Positions 40,083 through 49,406 of a DNA stretch of 63,559 nucleotides are shown here, one piece after another. Made by a program: the position numbers and the translations under genes. Below the pieces are notes generated by a model. That model worked only from the letters and a program-made list of their open reading frames with translations. It had not been told where the DNA came from and did not search any database. The stretch lies in sequence record SRR20825006_717; one strand, 5' to 3'. Numbering within the stretch: the stretch's first letter is position 1; each line of letters begins with the position of its first letter.

Positions 40083-41305
40083 TTTCTTAGTTGGATATTT
40101 CTTCTAATGTAGATTTGACCGTCAATCGGGAATCTATTATTGTCTTTTGTGATATAATCCGTTTTAAACGTTTCCATCATTTGCACGCCAAGCGTTAGTC
40201 CTGCGTTCCACTTTTCGTTTAACGCAAATTTATACCCAAGCGTTGGTTTCAATCCGAATCGGTTAATTCCATCTGTGAATCCGAGTAATTCTTTTCTCTG
40301 AGAAACTTGCTCTTGATCATCTACACGCGAATAGTCCACTTTTGTCGTTGTCAAATACGATGGGCGAATTCCCACAGTAACTCCGTGTCTTCCAAAGTTT
40401 CGCGTTACTGCAAATACTCCTTCCAAGGCATACAATGACTTATAGTTGATGTTGTGCGTTACCATTTGTGAACCGTAAGAGTAATACTTCGCGACTCTAC
40501 TCAACGCAATATCGTTGTGATTAGAAACGGAACCATTAATTCCAATCGTTGTTGTCCATTTATTCGAGTGGATATTTATCCCCACTCCACCACCGTAGCG
40601 CATGAACAACTCATTTGACGGAGAAATTAACGATTGTGACAAACCTGCATTTGCCTCTAAATACAAACTCACACGTGCGGGGAATTTCCCTGCTCCTTTA
40701 GTTCCAAAGGTCGCTAATGAATTGTCAAGTTCTGAAAGGAGCGGTTTTGTTCCTAAGACAATCGCTTGGTTGCTCTCGCTTCCATCATTCGTTGTCCCTG
40801 AACTAATCACACCTTCAAACATCGGCATTTGATAAATTTGATGACAGTAAGGACCATTCATTTGCCAATTGTAATCCGAAAAATCCCAATTTCCAATATA
40901 GATTGGTAATCCCGTTAAATCAAATCTATTCCTTGCTCCTTTGAGTGATGTCACCCTATTTTCATCTGAGAAAACAGTAGATAACTCACCTTTTTGGCCA
41001 GTTTTAGCAACAGATTGACGGTTTTTCTTTGATAGATTTACATTCATCTGCGCGACTAATAAGTCAGCTTCCTCCGCTTGCCGTTCACTAATTTGCGTAT
41101 GTTGAAATTGCGTCGTAGAATAAAAGAATCCTAGCAACAGCACTCCCATGCTCCCAAATGCGGTAATGAACCACAAGAAATCTCTTTTCTTCTGCTGCGG
41201 AAGCATCGCTTCTACTTCGTTCCAGTATTCTTGTTTATACTCAAACGAAGTGGCGTTTCCGGCATCTTGGAATAATCGATCTATATCTTCATCCGTCCAG
41301 CTCAT
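40079..41305 (-). CDS. Putative dual-membrane-spanning anti-sigma factor
   Basis: IDRLF...YWNEVEAML N-terminus, one TM, polar linker, C-terminal amphipathic beta-strands; ATGA overlap with the sigma gene. Confidence 0.65.
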   Translation of the reverse strand: MSWTDEDIDRLFQDAGNATSFEYKQEYWNEVEAMLPQQKKRDFLWFITAFGSMGVLLLGFFYSTTQFQHTQISERQAEEADLLVAQMNVNLSKKNRQSVAKTGQKGELSTVFSDENRVTSLKGARNRFDLTGLPIYIGNWDFSDYNWQMNGPYCHQIYQMPMFEGVISSGTTNDGSESNQAIVLGTKPLLSELDNSLATFGTKGAGKFPARVSLYLEANAGLSQSLISPSNELFMRYGGGVGINIHSNKWTTTIGINGSVSNHNDIALSRVAKYYSYGSQMVTHNINYKSLYALEGVFAVTRNFGRHGVTVGIRPSYLTTTKVDYSRVDDQEQVSQRKELLGFTDGINRFGLKPTLGYKFALNEKWNAGLTLGVQMMETFKTDYITKDNNRFPIDGQIYIRRNIQLRK

Positions 41306-41871
41306 ATTACCATTCGTTGATTTTGATTTTCTAAATGTTCTAATTTTTCTCTCAATAGCTTTCTTGCTGTAGATAAATGCCATTTGGAAGTTCCTTCTGA
41401 CATTTCCAATTGTTCTCCAATTTCTCTGTGTGAATATCCTTCAATGACGTAAAGCTTAAATACGTATCCCGTTGTAACAGGCAATTCAGCTACAAGCATC
41501 ATTATATTGTCGTAGCCCAAATTACTCACAGCATCGTTGTCATAACCAGTTGAATAATAGTCCAACTCGCGTTCATCATTGCTTTTCGTAATTTTTGACC
41601 GGTATTTCTTTTCTTTTCTATATTCGTCGATGAGTGCATTTACCATAATTCTCTTCGACCAGGCATTAAAATTAAAGTTTAAGTCTACTTTGTCCAGTGA
41701 GCCCAAAATCTTAACGAATCCCATGTTGCAAGCGGCGCGTGCGTCTTCTTCATTATTATGGTAACGGAAACAAACGGGCATTAGAAGGTGGAAGCAAAAT
41801 TCATAAAGCTCATTAATTGCTTTACGATCTCCTTTTGCGCACGCTTTGAGTATGTCTGGAGTGACAATCAT
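41302..41871 (-). CDS. ECF sigma factor
   Basis: Region 2 (LYE...VCFRY...EDA...WSKRIMVN) and region 4 (LP...VFKLYVIEGYSHREIG...EGTSKWHLS). Confidence 0.93.
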   Translation of the reverse strand: MIVTPDILKACAKGDRKAINELYEFCFHLLMPVCFRYHNNEEDARAACNMGFVKILGSLDKVDLNFNFNAWSKRIMVNALIDEYRKEKKYRSKITKSNDERELDYYSTGYDNDAVSNLGYDNIMMLVAELPVTTGYVFKLYVIEGYSHREIGEQLEMSEGTSKWHLSTARKLLREKLEHLENQNQRMVI

Positions 41872-42062
41872 CGATTTTTTTAAATGCCTTATTTTCGTGT
41901 CCTTATGCAATGTACGCAATTTTACTTTTCATCATACACAAAGAAAGCCTCCATCCTTCACGCTATTTAATAACGATTCTCAGTTATTAATGGTTGGTGA
42001 AGTAGTGAATTTTCTTCAAAAATGTCTATTGTTGCATACTATTTCATTCTAAAAGAGAACGT

Positions 42063-42536
42063 ATGAAGCTACACTTGTTACGACACGCAAAAACAAACCA
42101 ATCCTCTTCAACAGGAAATGATTTCGATCGAAAGCTCCTAGAACGAGGGATTAATCAGTGCGCCGATTTAAGGAACACGCTTCCTACAGAAATTGCAGAC
42201 GCCGATGTATGGTGCAGTGGAGCAGCGAGAACGAGGGAAACTTACGAACTTGTAGCAAAGGGAGGAAAGCTAAAGAATGCTCACTTTCGAGATGATCTTT
42301 ATTTGGCTTCTCGATCTGAGATTTTTCAGGCAATTGTGGCTCACACTGGCGATCAAGATTTATTGATTATTGGACACAATTTTGGAATTTCCGATCTCGC
42401 GAAGTACTTATTGGATGAATATATCGAACTTCAAACGGCAGGATATATTTGCATTTCCTTCGAGATTCAAGCATGGAAAGAAATTTCTGCTGGAATTGGA
42501 ACTAAGTTTCTGGAGTATCGTCCTGAGGTTCGTTAA
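42063..42536 (+). CDS. sixA: SixA phosphohistidine phosphatase
   Basis: LRHAK, DFDRKL..RG, RTRET, IGHN. Confidence 0.85.
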   Translation: MKLHLLRHAKTNQSSSTGNDFDRKLLERGINQCADLRNTLPTEIADADVWCSGAARTRETYELVAKGGKLKNAHFRDDLYLASRSEIFQAIVAHTGDQDLLIIGHNFGISDLAKYLLDEYIELQTAGYICISFEIQAWKEISAGIGTKFLEYRPEVR

Positions 42537-43299
42537 GCGACTCTTTCTTCTCATTTTCTGGACGATAGTGGTAGATAATTTGATATCCATTCGCATTTCG
42601 TTGCGCTTCCTCTTGTCGCAATTGTGCCTGCCGCACTCGTTCCATCCATTGTCCTTCTAGATCGGGTGGTTCAATTCCCATTTCCTTTTCAATCTCATAA
42701 AGGTATTTCGGTGCTTGTGGACCTTGCTTTCGATATACAAATGCCAACAAGACTCCTGTGAGAAGTCCTGACAAATGCCCTTCCCATGAAACGTGTGTCT
42801 CCATAGGGAAAATACCCCAAATCATCGATCCATAAACAAAGGCGACGAACAAGGAAATTGCTTGAAGCGGAAGGTATTTTCTCAAAACACCTGAAGTGAA
42901 TAAAAATCCCGCAAGCGCATAAATCACACCACTCATTCCGATGTGGTAACTATTGTTGTTTTCTGCAAAAACCCATAATCCAATTCCTGTGAGAAGCCAC
43001 GAAATAACAAAAACCCGAAATGCTATCGCGCGGTAGTAATAAATAACCGCTCCTAAAAGCACAGCGGTTGGCATCGAATTGTTTATAATGTGTTCTATAT
43101 CTTGTTTTGAATGAATCAATGGCATAAATAGGATTCCGGGAAGGGAACTAACCGATTTTGGCAAAACGCCCGCTTTATAAAAAGGAACTTCAAGAAAAAG
43201 ATGATCTGCCCAAAAGACTAACCACATAATCAACAATAGGATTAATGGGTATAGAATCGCTTCTGTTGTGGATCCAAAATGATGTTGTCGCTGATTCAT
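42502..43299 (-). CDS. Rhomboid intramembrane serine protease
   Basis: HIINN, catalytic GMSG, VSWEGHLSG. Confidence 0.92.
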   Translation of the reverse strand: MNQRQHHFGSTTEAILYPLILLLIMWLVFWADHLFLEVPFYKAGVLPKSVSSLPGILFMPLIHSKQDIEHIINNSMPTAVLLGAVIYYYRAIAFRVFVISWLLTGIGLWVFAENNNSYHIGMSGVIYALAGFLFTSGVLRKYLPLQAISLFVAFVYGSMIWGIFPMETHVSWEGHLSGLLTGVLLAFVYRKQGPQAPKYLYEIEKEMGIEPPDLEGQWMERVRQAQLRQEEAQRNANGYQIIYHYRPENEKKESLNEPQDDTPET

Positions 43300-43361
43300 G
43301 GTTCGGTGTGGTCAACTATTGTGCCTGAGAGGGAATTGTGACAAGATGACAGTTGAGGGGG

Positions 43362-43483
43362 GATGATAAGACGATAGGACGAAAGATTTAAAGACATAAG
43401 ATAATAAGACAAAGGATGAAAGACGATAAGACGAAAGATTTAAAGACGATAGGACAAAAGACAGGAGATGACAGATAAAGGAC
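43362..43483. repeat. Degenerate 7-8-nt purine-rich tandem repeat (~16 units)
   Basis: GATGATAA GACGATAG GACGAAA GATTTAAA GACATAA...; a 26-nt block recurs at 43370 and 43422. Confidence 0.8.
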
Positions 43484-43554
43484 TTGAGGTTTGTGGCAAT
43501 ATTTTGGTGGTTGGTTGGGTAGTTTATGTGCGGGTGGTTTTATATCTTTGAGGG

Positions 43555-44058
43555 ATGGAGGAAATTGTGAATCGAGTTAAGGAAAGTGGGTTGATCTCAA
43601 TGGATTTGGCGGATTTCAAGCCACGGATTGTTCTTTGTGAAATAGATATTAGCGATCAATTGTGGCAAGGTTTGGTGTTGAAAGAAAAAGATTTTCGTGC
43701 TTGGGTGAAATCGCATGATTGGTCGACGTATGTTGACAAAGCGGTTTATGTTCATTGTTCTGCTGACGCGATTGTTCCTACGTGGGCGTACATGCTGGTT
43801 TCGGCTCAACTTGGAACGTTTGAGGTGACGCATTTGATTGGTTCGAAGTCTGATCTTGAAAAAATGTTGATTGTTGAGCGCATCAAACAAGAACCGTTGG
43901 ATAAATACATCGATGGTAGAATGATTATCAAAGGATGCTCCGATATCTCTTCTCCTGAATACGCTATGGTGGAACTGATAAAACACCTTCAGCCGGTTGC
44001 GAAAAGCATTATGTACGGAGAACCTTGCTCTACTGTTCCCGTTTTTAAGCGGAAATAG
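43555..44058 (+). CDS. DUF2480 family protein
   Basis: EIVNRV, LKEKDFR, ADAIVPTWAYML, SIMYGEPCSTVP. Confidence 0.88.
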   Translation: MEEIVNRVKESGLISMDLADFKPRIVLCEIDISDQLWQGLVLKEKDFRAWVKSHDWSTYVDKAVYVHCSADAIVPTWAYMLVSAQLGTFEVTHLIGSKSDLEKMLIVERIKQEPLDKYIDGRMIIKGCSDISSPEYAMVELIKHLQPVAKSIMYGEPCSTVPVFKRK

Positions 44059-44656
44059 TTTTAAACTGAAATCCTTCTTCTTTCAGTTGACAAATTAACT
44101 TCGGGAGTAATTCTTGAATTCTTCCAAGCATTTTTTTGTTGTCGTGAAGCACCAAAATGTCTCCTTTTTTGATTCGCTTTGCTTGATTAAGAATCAAACT
44201 AATGGCAACGGAATCGTCATAATCGTAAGAGAGCCACGACCACATAATGATTTTGTATTTCTTAGCAATGCTTCGCGTATAAGACATCGGTAATCTTCCG
44301 TAAGGCGGTCGAAACAACGTTGAAGGAACAAACGCGCTTGCTTTCTCAATTGAATTCAAATACTCCTGTTTAGAAACCTTTGTTCCTTTCTCGTGCTTCA
44401 TGGTGTGATTTCCAATGGCGTGACCTCGATCTATGATTTTCTGAATGAGTTGCGGATGTTTTTGTGCATTTGCTCCAACGCAGAAAAAGGTTGCCCGCAC
44501 GTCGTGGTCTTCCAAAACGCCCAAAATCCAATCCGTTAATTCTTCTGTGGGACCATCATCGAAAGTTAGGTAAACGCACTTTTCACTCATAGAAAAACCC
44601 CAACGTCTTCTAGGAAAAATCCATCGAAAAACAGTTGGGGTTCTAAAGAGTTTCAC
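44045..44656 (-). CDS. Polysaccharide deacetylase (CE4/NodB)
   Basis: LTFDDGP, GNHTMKH, FRPPYG, IVLHD-like motif. Confidence 0.92.
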   Translation of the reverse strand: MKLFRTPTVFRWIFPRRRWGFSMSEKCVYLTFDDGPTEELTDWILGVLEDHDVRATFFCVGANAQKHPQLIQKIIDRGHAIGNHTMKHEKGTKVSKQEYLNSIEKASAFVPSTLFRPPYGRLPMSYTRSIAKKYKIIMWSWLSYDYDDSVAISLILNQAKRIKKGDILVLHDNKKMLGRIQELLPKLICQLKEEGFQFKTISA

Positions 44657-44686
44657 GCCTTTTAGTTGTTATCTATAGCGCTAAAA

Positions 44687-47600
44687 TTACATTCCAGGTT
44701 GACCTGGCAACTGAGGCGCTGGAGCCGACGGTTGCATTGGTTGCTGCTGAACTGGTTTCATTAATCCAAAGTGGATTCCAATAGCATCAAAATAGTCTTG
44801 AAGTTCAAACATGTAGTTCGCATATCGACCAGCATTTGATCCTCTACGCATGCTTTCTCCGTTTTCATTCGCTAAATCTTTCAATCGATTAATCATTGAA
44901 GGACGAATGTTATTAAACAAATCGTTAATCTTTCCAGACATACGACTTGCTAACTTGCTATTCGGAACGCCTGTTTCTTCGTCCATTACGGCCGCATGAA
45001 TTCTGAAATAAATATCCATTGCAGCGTAGAAATCTTTCGTGTTTGACGGCGATGCAGCAATGCTCACGTCACTCATTTCAAAATAATTGAAGATTGATTC
45101 CATTTGATCAGCAAGAGTTGTTGCCAACTTCTCAGCCGCTTTTTTGTCTCCCGCTTGGAAAAGAACCGCAACATAATCTTGCAACACTCCGTCCGTATAA
45201 GCTGGAACAGTAACACCATTCAACTCATAATTATCACTTGGAATTCGAACTCTTGAAGGATCTGACCAGTCAATTACAACATCTGCTGGCATTACTTTAA
45301 GTGAATGATTCAATAAATCGATTGCTTTCTTCTTGTACGATTTGATTTCTGCTTCAGTTGCACTTGGTTTAAACCCAGCCATTGCAGGATTTGCATTTTC
45401 ACCAAGACCTTCCAACATTTTCATTCGCTCTAGGTCGTTTTCACCTTGCATTGCTTTCGCAAGAAGATCTTCAGCCAACGATAAGAAATGACCACGGTAC
45501 TGAGAAGTATGTCGACGTGTGTAATAGTCAGTCAATACATTCGGGTTACTCATTTCACCATAACTGTAGTTCATCAAGTTATCGTACATACTCTCACTGA
45601 ATCGATCACGTGGCATATCCAACGGACTCACTTCAAAGACAAGTCCATTTTGCTTGATAAATCCACTTCTGTACAATGCCATAGAAACATCAGAGCCACC
45701 AGGAGAAGAGAAATACAATCCTCGTTTCCAGTTATTGTTAGCCATAATGTCGAGCATCATTACTTGCTCACGTGTTATTCCACGAGCATCGAAAGAGAAA
45801 CGCAATTCTTTCAAGCATTTTGTTTTTTGATCTTTCGTAATCACACCTGATTTCACTGCATTGTTCACGTTTACAGGGAAAATAAATCCTGAACTTGGGA
45901 AAATTCGCAATGAACGTTGACCTTGGTACTTAATTAAGTGTGCATCGTTTCTAACGAAATCCATCGCATCTGCAAGGTTCGTGAAATCCCATGGTTTTTG
46001 GAACTCCATCATTTCTTTTTGGAATGCTTGAATTGTCGCGTTATCTCCAGTAATGGCCCCTCGTTTGAATGCACCAAAGATTTCCATCGTCATTTGATAT
46101 TTATCGAAAATATCATTTGTTATTTGATCTATAGTCGCTTTAGAATCTGGGGCAGTTGCAAATTTACCACGAATCGTATTTAAACGTCCTTGTGTTTTTG
46201 CGTTTGCTCCTGAGAAACTTGCCATTATTGACGCACTTTTCGATGCTAAATTCCCTAACTGCGCACGAACAATTGGTAAGTTCGTTTTTGCACGCATTCT
46301 GATAATGTCTTTCAACACTTCAGGACTAATTTTTATCGTAGCATTTGGATCAATTCCGCTGTTTCCGTAGAACAATTCGAATAAATCTGAGAATAACACT
46401 TGATCTGTGCTTCCTGCGTACATCAAAATTTGATCTTCCGTAAACTTAATTGGTAACGGTTCAGATTTATACGCTTTCAATTTCATTTGATCTGTGTACC
46501 AATCTGTTTGCATTAGCGAAAGGTTACAAACACGAACGTCTGTTCTTTTTCCTTCAACTTCTTGCATGTACCAAAGTGGGAAGGTGTCATTATCTCCATT
46601 TGTGAAGATGATTCCATTTTGTCCACAAGAAGTCAAGTAGTTCATCGCTAAATCGTGTGCAGACGTTTTGAGACTTCTATCGTGATCGTCCCATCCTTGC
46701 ACTCCCATGATCATTGGAACAACGAAACACAGCGCTGTTGCTACTGACGCTCCTTGACTATCACTCTTGAGTACTTTCCGCAATCCTGTCATCGAGCCGA
46801 TCGCAATTGCACCAATTATGAAGATAAACAACCAACCTAACGTGGAAGTCAATTCCATTCCTCCTAACGCGTTCAAAAACAAGAAAAAGAGAGTACTTGC
46901 TCCACCGAGAATTGCGATTCCAACAAATTCTTTTTTGGCAAACGACCTGAATGCTTCATAGAGTGCATAAACTCCGATCCCAATCCAAAAGGCAAAGAAA
47001 TAGAATGATCCTGCATACGCATAATCACGCTCTCTTGGCTCGAATGTTTTTTGATTCAGGTAAACTACAATTGCCAATCCTGTAAACAAGAAGGCTAATA
47101 AAAGTACAAATGCGTCTTTTGGAGCTCTGTAAAAGTGGAACACCAAGCCTATCAATCCTAAAATAATTGGAAAGAAAAAGAATGTATTGTGAGACGGATT
47201 GTCCTTTGTAAAGTACGGAGCCGCTTCTCCTTGGTCTCCCAAACGCGTATCGTCAATTGCACTAAAACCAGAGATCCAGTTTCCACGCATCGCATCTCCA
47301 TGTCCTTGAATATCGTTCTGTCTTCCAGAGAAATTCCACATGAAGTAACGCCAATACATCCAGTTTACCTGATAGTTAAAGAAGTATGTTAAATTCTCTC
47401 CGAATGTTGGCAGACGCTGACCGTCAGAACCTATTGGTGTTCCTTTATCTACAGAAGCATCGTATCCTGACCAATTTTTATAGCCATCTACTTTTGGAGC
47501 TTCTTGACTCCAATACATCCGTGGGAAGAAGGTTGTTTGACTATAGGTTGCTACGGTATTTTCTCGAACGCTTTCATTTGACATGAAATATTTTTCGGTA

Positions 47601-48826
47601 ACCTCGGAACCTGGAACATCCTTTGCATAAGACTTCGCTCTTGCTTCATCTTTATATGCTTTCACATCCAAACCGCCTTTGGAAACAACGAATCTTCTTA
47701 AATAAAATGGTGATTGATCTTTAAATTCACGTCCGTTATTCAACTCAGAATTCCAGTATTGTCCAAAGAAAACAGGTGCTGAACCGTATTGCTCACGTTT
47801 AAGGTAAGCGTGCAATGTTACTAAGTTCTCCGGATCATTCTCATCCAACGGAGTATTTGCGTTCGATCGAATAACAATAACTGCGAATGATCCATATCCT
47901 ATTAGCAATAGTACGAACCCCATCATTGCGGAGTACAAAATCTTTTTCCCTTTCTTTCTTGAGTAACGAAGAAGCCAAACGCATAGTACTGCAATAAACA
48001 CGAAGAAGAAAATCGTTCCTGAGTAGAATGGAAGTCCCAAAGAATTCACAAACGACACCTCGAAAGAGGAAGCTAATGAAACAATTCCTGGAATTACGCC
48101 TTCTTGAATAAATCCAAGAATAATAATTGAAAGCACTCCTACTCCAAAAATTCCGAGCACGTTTACTTTGGATGAATATCTGAAGTAAATTACATACGTA
48201 ATTGCCGGCACTACAAGGATTCCCAATAAGTGGACTCCAATTGCTAGTCCAAGAAGGAACATAATTAATAACAACCAACGATCAGGTGAAAGTCCTTTCA
48301 TTTGCAAGCGGCCGTATTGTACTTCCATCATTTCTTCGTCCCAACGCAAAATCGCCCAAAAGATGACTGCTGTAAACAACGATGACATCGCATATACCTC
48401 ACCTTCTACGGCTGAGAACCAGAAAGATTCAGAGAATGCATAAGACAGCGAGCCTATAACAGCACTTCCGAAAATGGCAATTTGATCACCTTTACTTAGT
48501 TCTGCTCTTGTTTTGAGGATCATTTTCTTAACTAGAATGCTAATCGACCAGAACATAAACAGAATGGTGGTGGAACTGGACAGCGCTGAAAGTCTGTTAA
48601 TCCACACGGCCACATTTTCAGGATCGGCAAAGAAAGAGAACAAACGTCCGAGTACCATAAACAGCGGCGCACCTGGTGGGTGACCCACTTCGAGCTTGTA
48701 AGCTGCAGTAATATACTCGCCACAATCCCAAAGACTGACAGTATCTTCTATGGTTAAGAAGTAAATAATGGTGGCTACCAAAAACACGAATAACCCTAGG
48801 TAGAGGTTTATTTTTCTATAATTCAT
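44687..48826 (-). CDS. DUF2723 GT-C glycosyltransferase (TMEM260-like)
   Basis: WDCGEY, HPPGAP, AVEGEVY, REQYG, PRERDY, GDNDTFPLWY; many TMs. Confidence 0.88.
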   Translation of the reverse strand: MNYRKINLYLGLFVFLVATIIYFLTIEDTVSLWDCGEYITAAYKLEVGHPPGAPLFMVLGRLFSFFADPENVAVWINRLSALSSSTTILFMFWSISILVKKMILKTRAELSKGDQIAIFGSAVIGSLSYAFSESFWFSAVEGEVYAMSSLFTAVIFWAILRWDEEMMEVQYGRLQMKGLSPDRWLLLIMFLLGLAIGVHLLGILVVPAITYVIYFRYSSKVNVLGIFGVGVLSIIILGFIQEGVIPGIVSLASSFEVSFVNSLGLPFYSGTIFFFVFIAVLCVWLLRYSRKKGKKILYSAMMGFVLLLIGYGSFAVIVIRSNANTPLDENDPENLVTLHAYLKREQYGSAPVFFGQYWNSELNNGREFKDQSPFYLRRFVVSKGGLDVKAYKDEARAKSYAKDVPGSEVTEKYFMSNESVRENTVATYSQTTFFPRMYWSQEAPKVDGYKNWSGYDASVDKGTPIGSDGQRLPTFGENLTYFFNYQVNWMYWRYFMWNFSGRQNDIQGHGDAMRGNWISGFSAIDDTRLGDQGEAAPYFTKDNPSHNTFFFFPIILGLIGLVFHFYRAPKDAFVLLLAFLFTGLAIVVYLNQKTFEPRERDYAYAGSFYFFAFWIGIGVYALYEAFRSFAKKEFVGIAILGGASTLFFLFLNALGGMELTSTLGWLFIFIIGAIAIGSMTGLRKVLKSDSQGASVATALCFVVPMIMGVQGWDDHDRSLKTSAHDLAMNYLTSCGQNGIIFTNGDNDTFPLWYMQEVEGKRTDVRVCNLSLMQTDWYTDQMKLKAYKSEPLPIKFTEDQILMYAGSTDQVLFSDLFELFYGNSGIDPNATIKISPEVLKDIIRMRAKTNLPIVRAQLGNLASKSASIMASFSGANAKTQGRLNTIRGKFATAPDSKATIDQITNDIFDKYQMTMEIFGAFKRGAITGDNATIQAFQKEMMEFQKPWDFTNLADAMDFVRNDAHLIKYQGQRSLRIFPSSGFIFPVNVNNAVKSGVITKDQKTKCLKELRFSFDARGITREQVMMLDIMANNNWKRGLYFSSPGGSDVSMALYRSGFIKQNGLVFEVSPLDMPRDRFSESMYDNLMNYSYGEMSNPNVLTDYYTRRHTSQYRGHFLSLAEDLLAKAMQGENDLERMKMLEGLGENANPAMAGFKPSATEAEIKSYKKKAIDLLNHSLKVMPADVVIDWSDPSRVRIPSDNYELNGVTVPAYTDGVLQDYVAVLFQAGDKKAAEKLATTLADQMESIFNYFEMSDVSIAASPSNTKDFYAAMDIYFRIHAAVMDEETGVPNSKLASRMSGKINDLFNNIRPSMINRLKDLANENGESMRRGSNAGRYANYMFELQDYFDAIGIHFGLMKPVQQQPMQPSAPAPQLPGQPGM

Positions 48827-49006
48827 ACGCAGTATTTATGCATGCCATTTTGGAAAGATCCAGCTTTGGCTTGTGCGAATTTAAAAATAATCAACCAGCA
48901 TGTGCAGAACAGGAAGTGAAAAAATGTCAAATTTAACGCCTTTTATTTTTTTTTGCCAGAAGTGCATTTTTTTTGCTGTTGTTTTTGGCGTTTTCAATAT
49001 TGTTGC

Positions 49007-49014
49007 TACATTTG
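49007..49014 (+). promoter_or_regulatory. -7 promoter box of tRNA-Gln
   Basis: TACATTTG, with a TTTG -33-like element at 48984-48987. Confidence 0.75.
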
Positions 49015-49057
49015 CACCCGCAACTGATTTTAGAAGTTGTTAAGACAGTTGTGAAAC

Positions 49058-49130
49058 TGTCCTATGGTGTAACTGGCAACACGTCGGTTTTTGGTACCGA
49101 AGAGTCTAGGTTCGAGCCCTAGTGGGACAA
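49058..49130 (+). tRNA. tRNA-Gln(TTG), CCA not encoded
   Basis: Acceptor stem TGTCCTA/TGGGACA, anticodon arm TCGGT-TTTTGGT-ACCGA, T arm CTAGG-TTCGAGC-CCTAG. Confidence 0.96.
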
Positions 49131-49141
49131 CATTTCGTTGT

Positions 49142-49176
49142 AAAAACCCCTGAGAAATCAGGGGTTTTTGTTTTTA
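49142..49176 (+). terminator. Intrinsic terminator after tRNA-Gln
   Basis: AAAAACCCCTGA-GAAA-TCAGGGGTTTTT followed by Ts. Confidence 0.88.
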
Positions 49177-49406
49177 TAGTGCTTAATTTGGTGCTGAAAA
49201 TGTAAGTTGTTTCTCAATTATCATCAACGAGTTTCGTTTGGGATCATGTTGGATAGGTTTGAGAAAAGGGATTGTATTAAAAAATGCACTTCTCAGAAAG
49301 TTATTAGAGGAAGAGTAGGTCATCATTATTGTTTCGTTTAAAATATAAGGTAAAAATCTACACTTCAGTATTCCGTAAATTCGTCTAGTACAAAATAAAC
49401 TAAGGG

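Noticed and set aside
43362-43483. CRISPR array
   Set aside because: Units are 7-8 nt with no unique spacers, and there are no cas genes.
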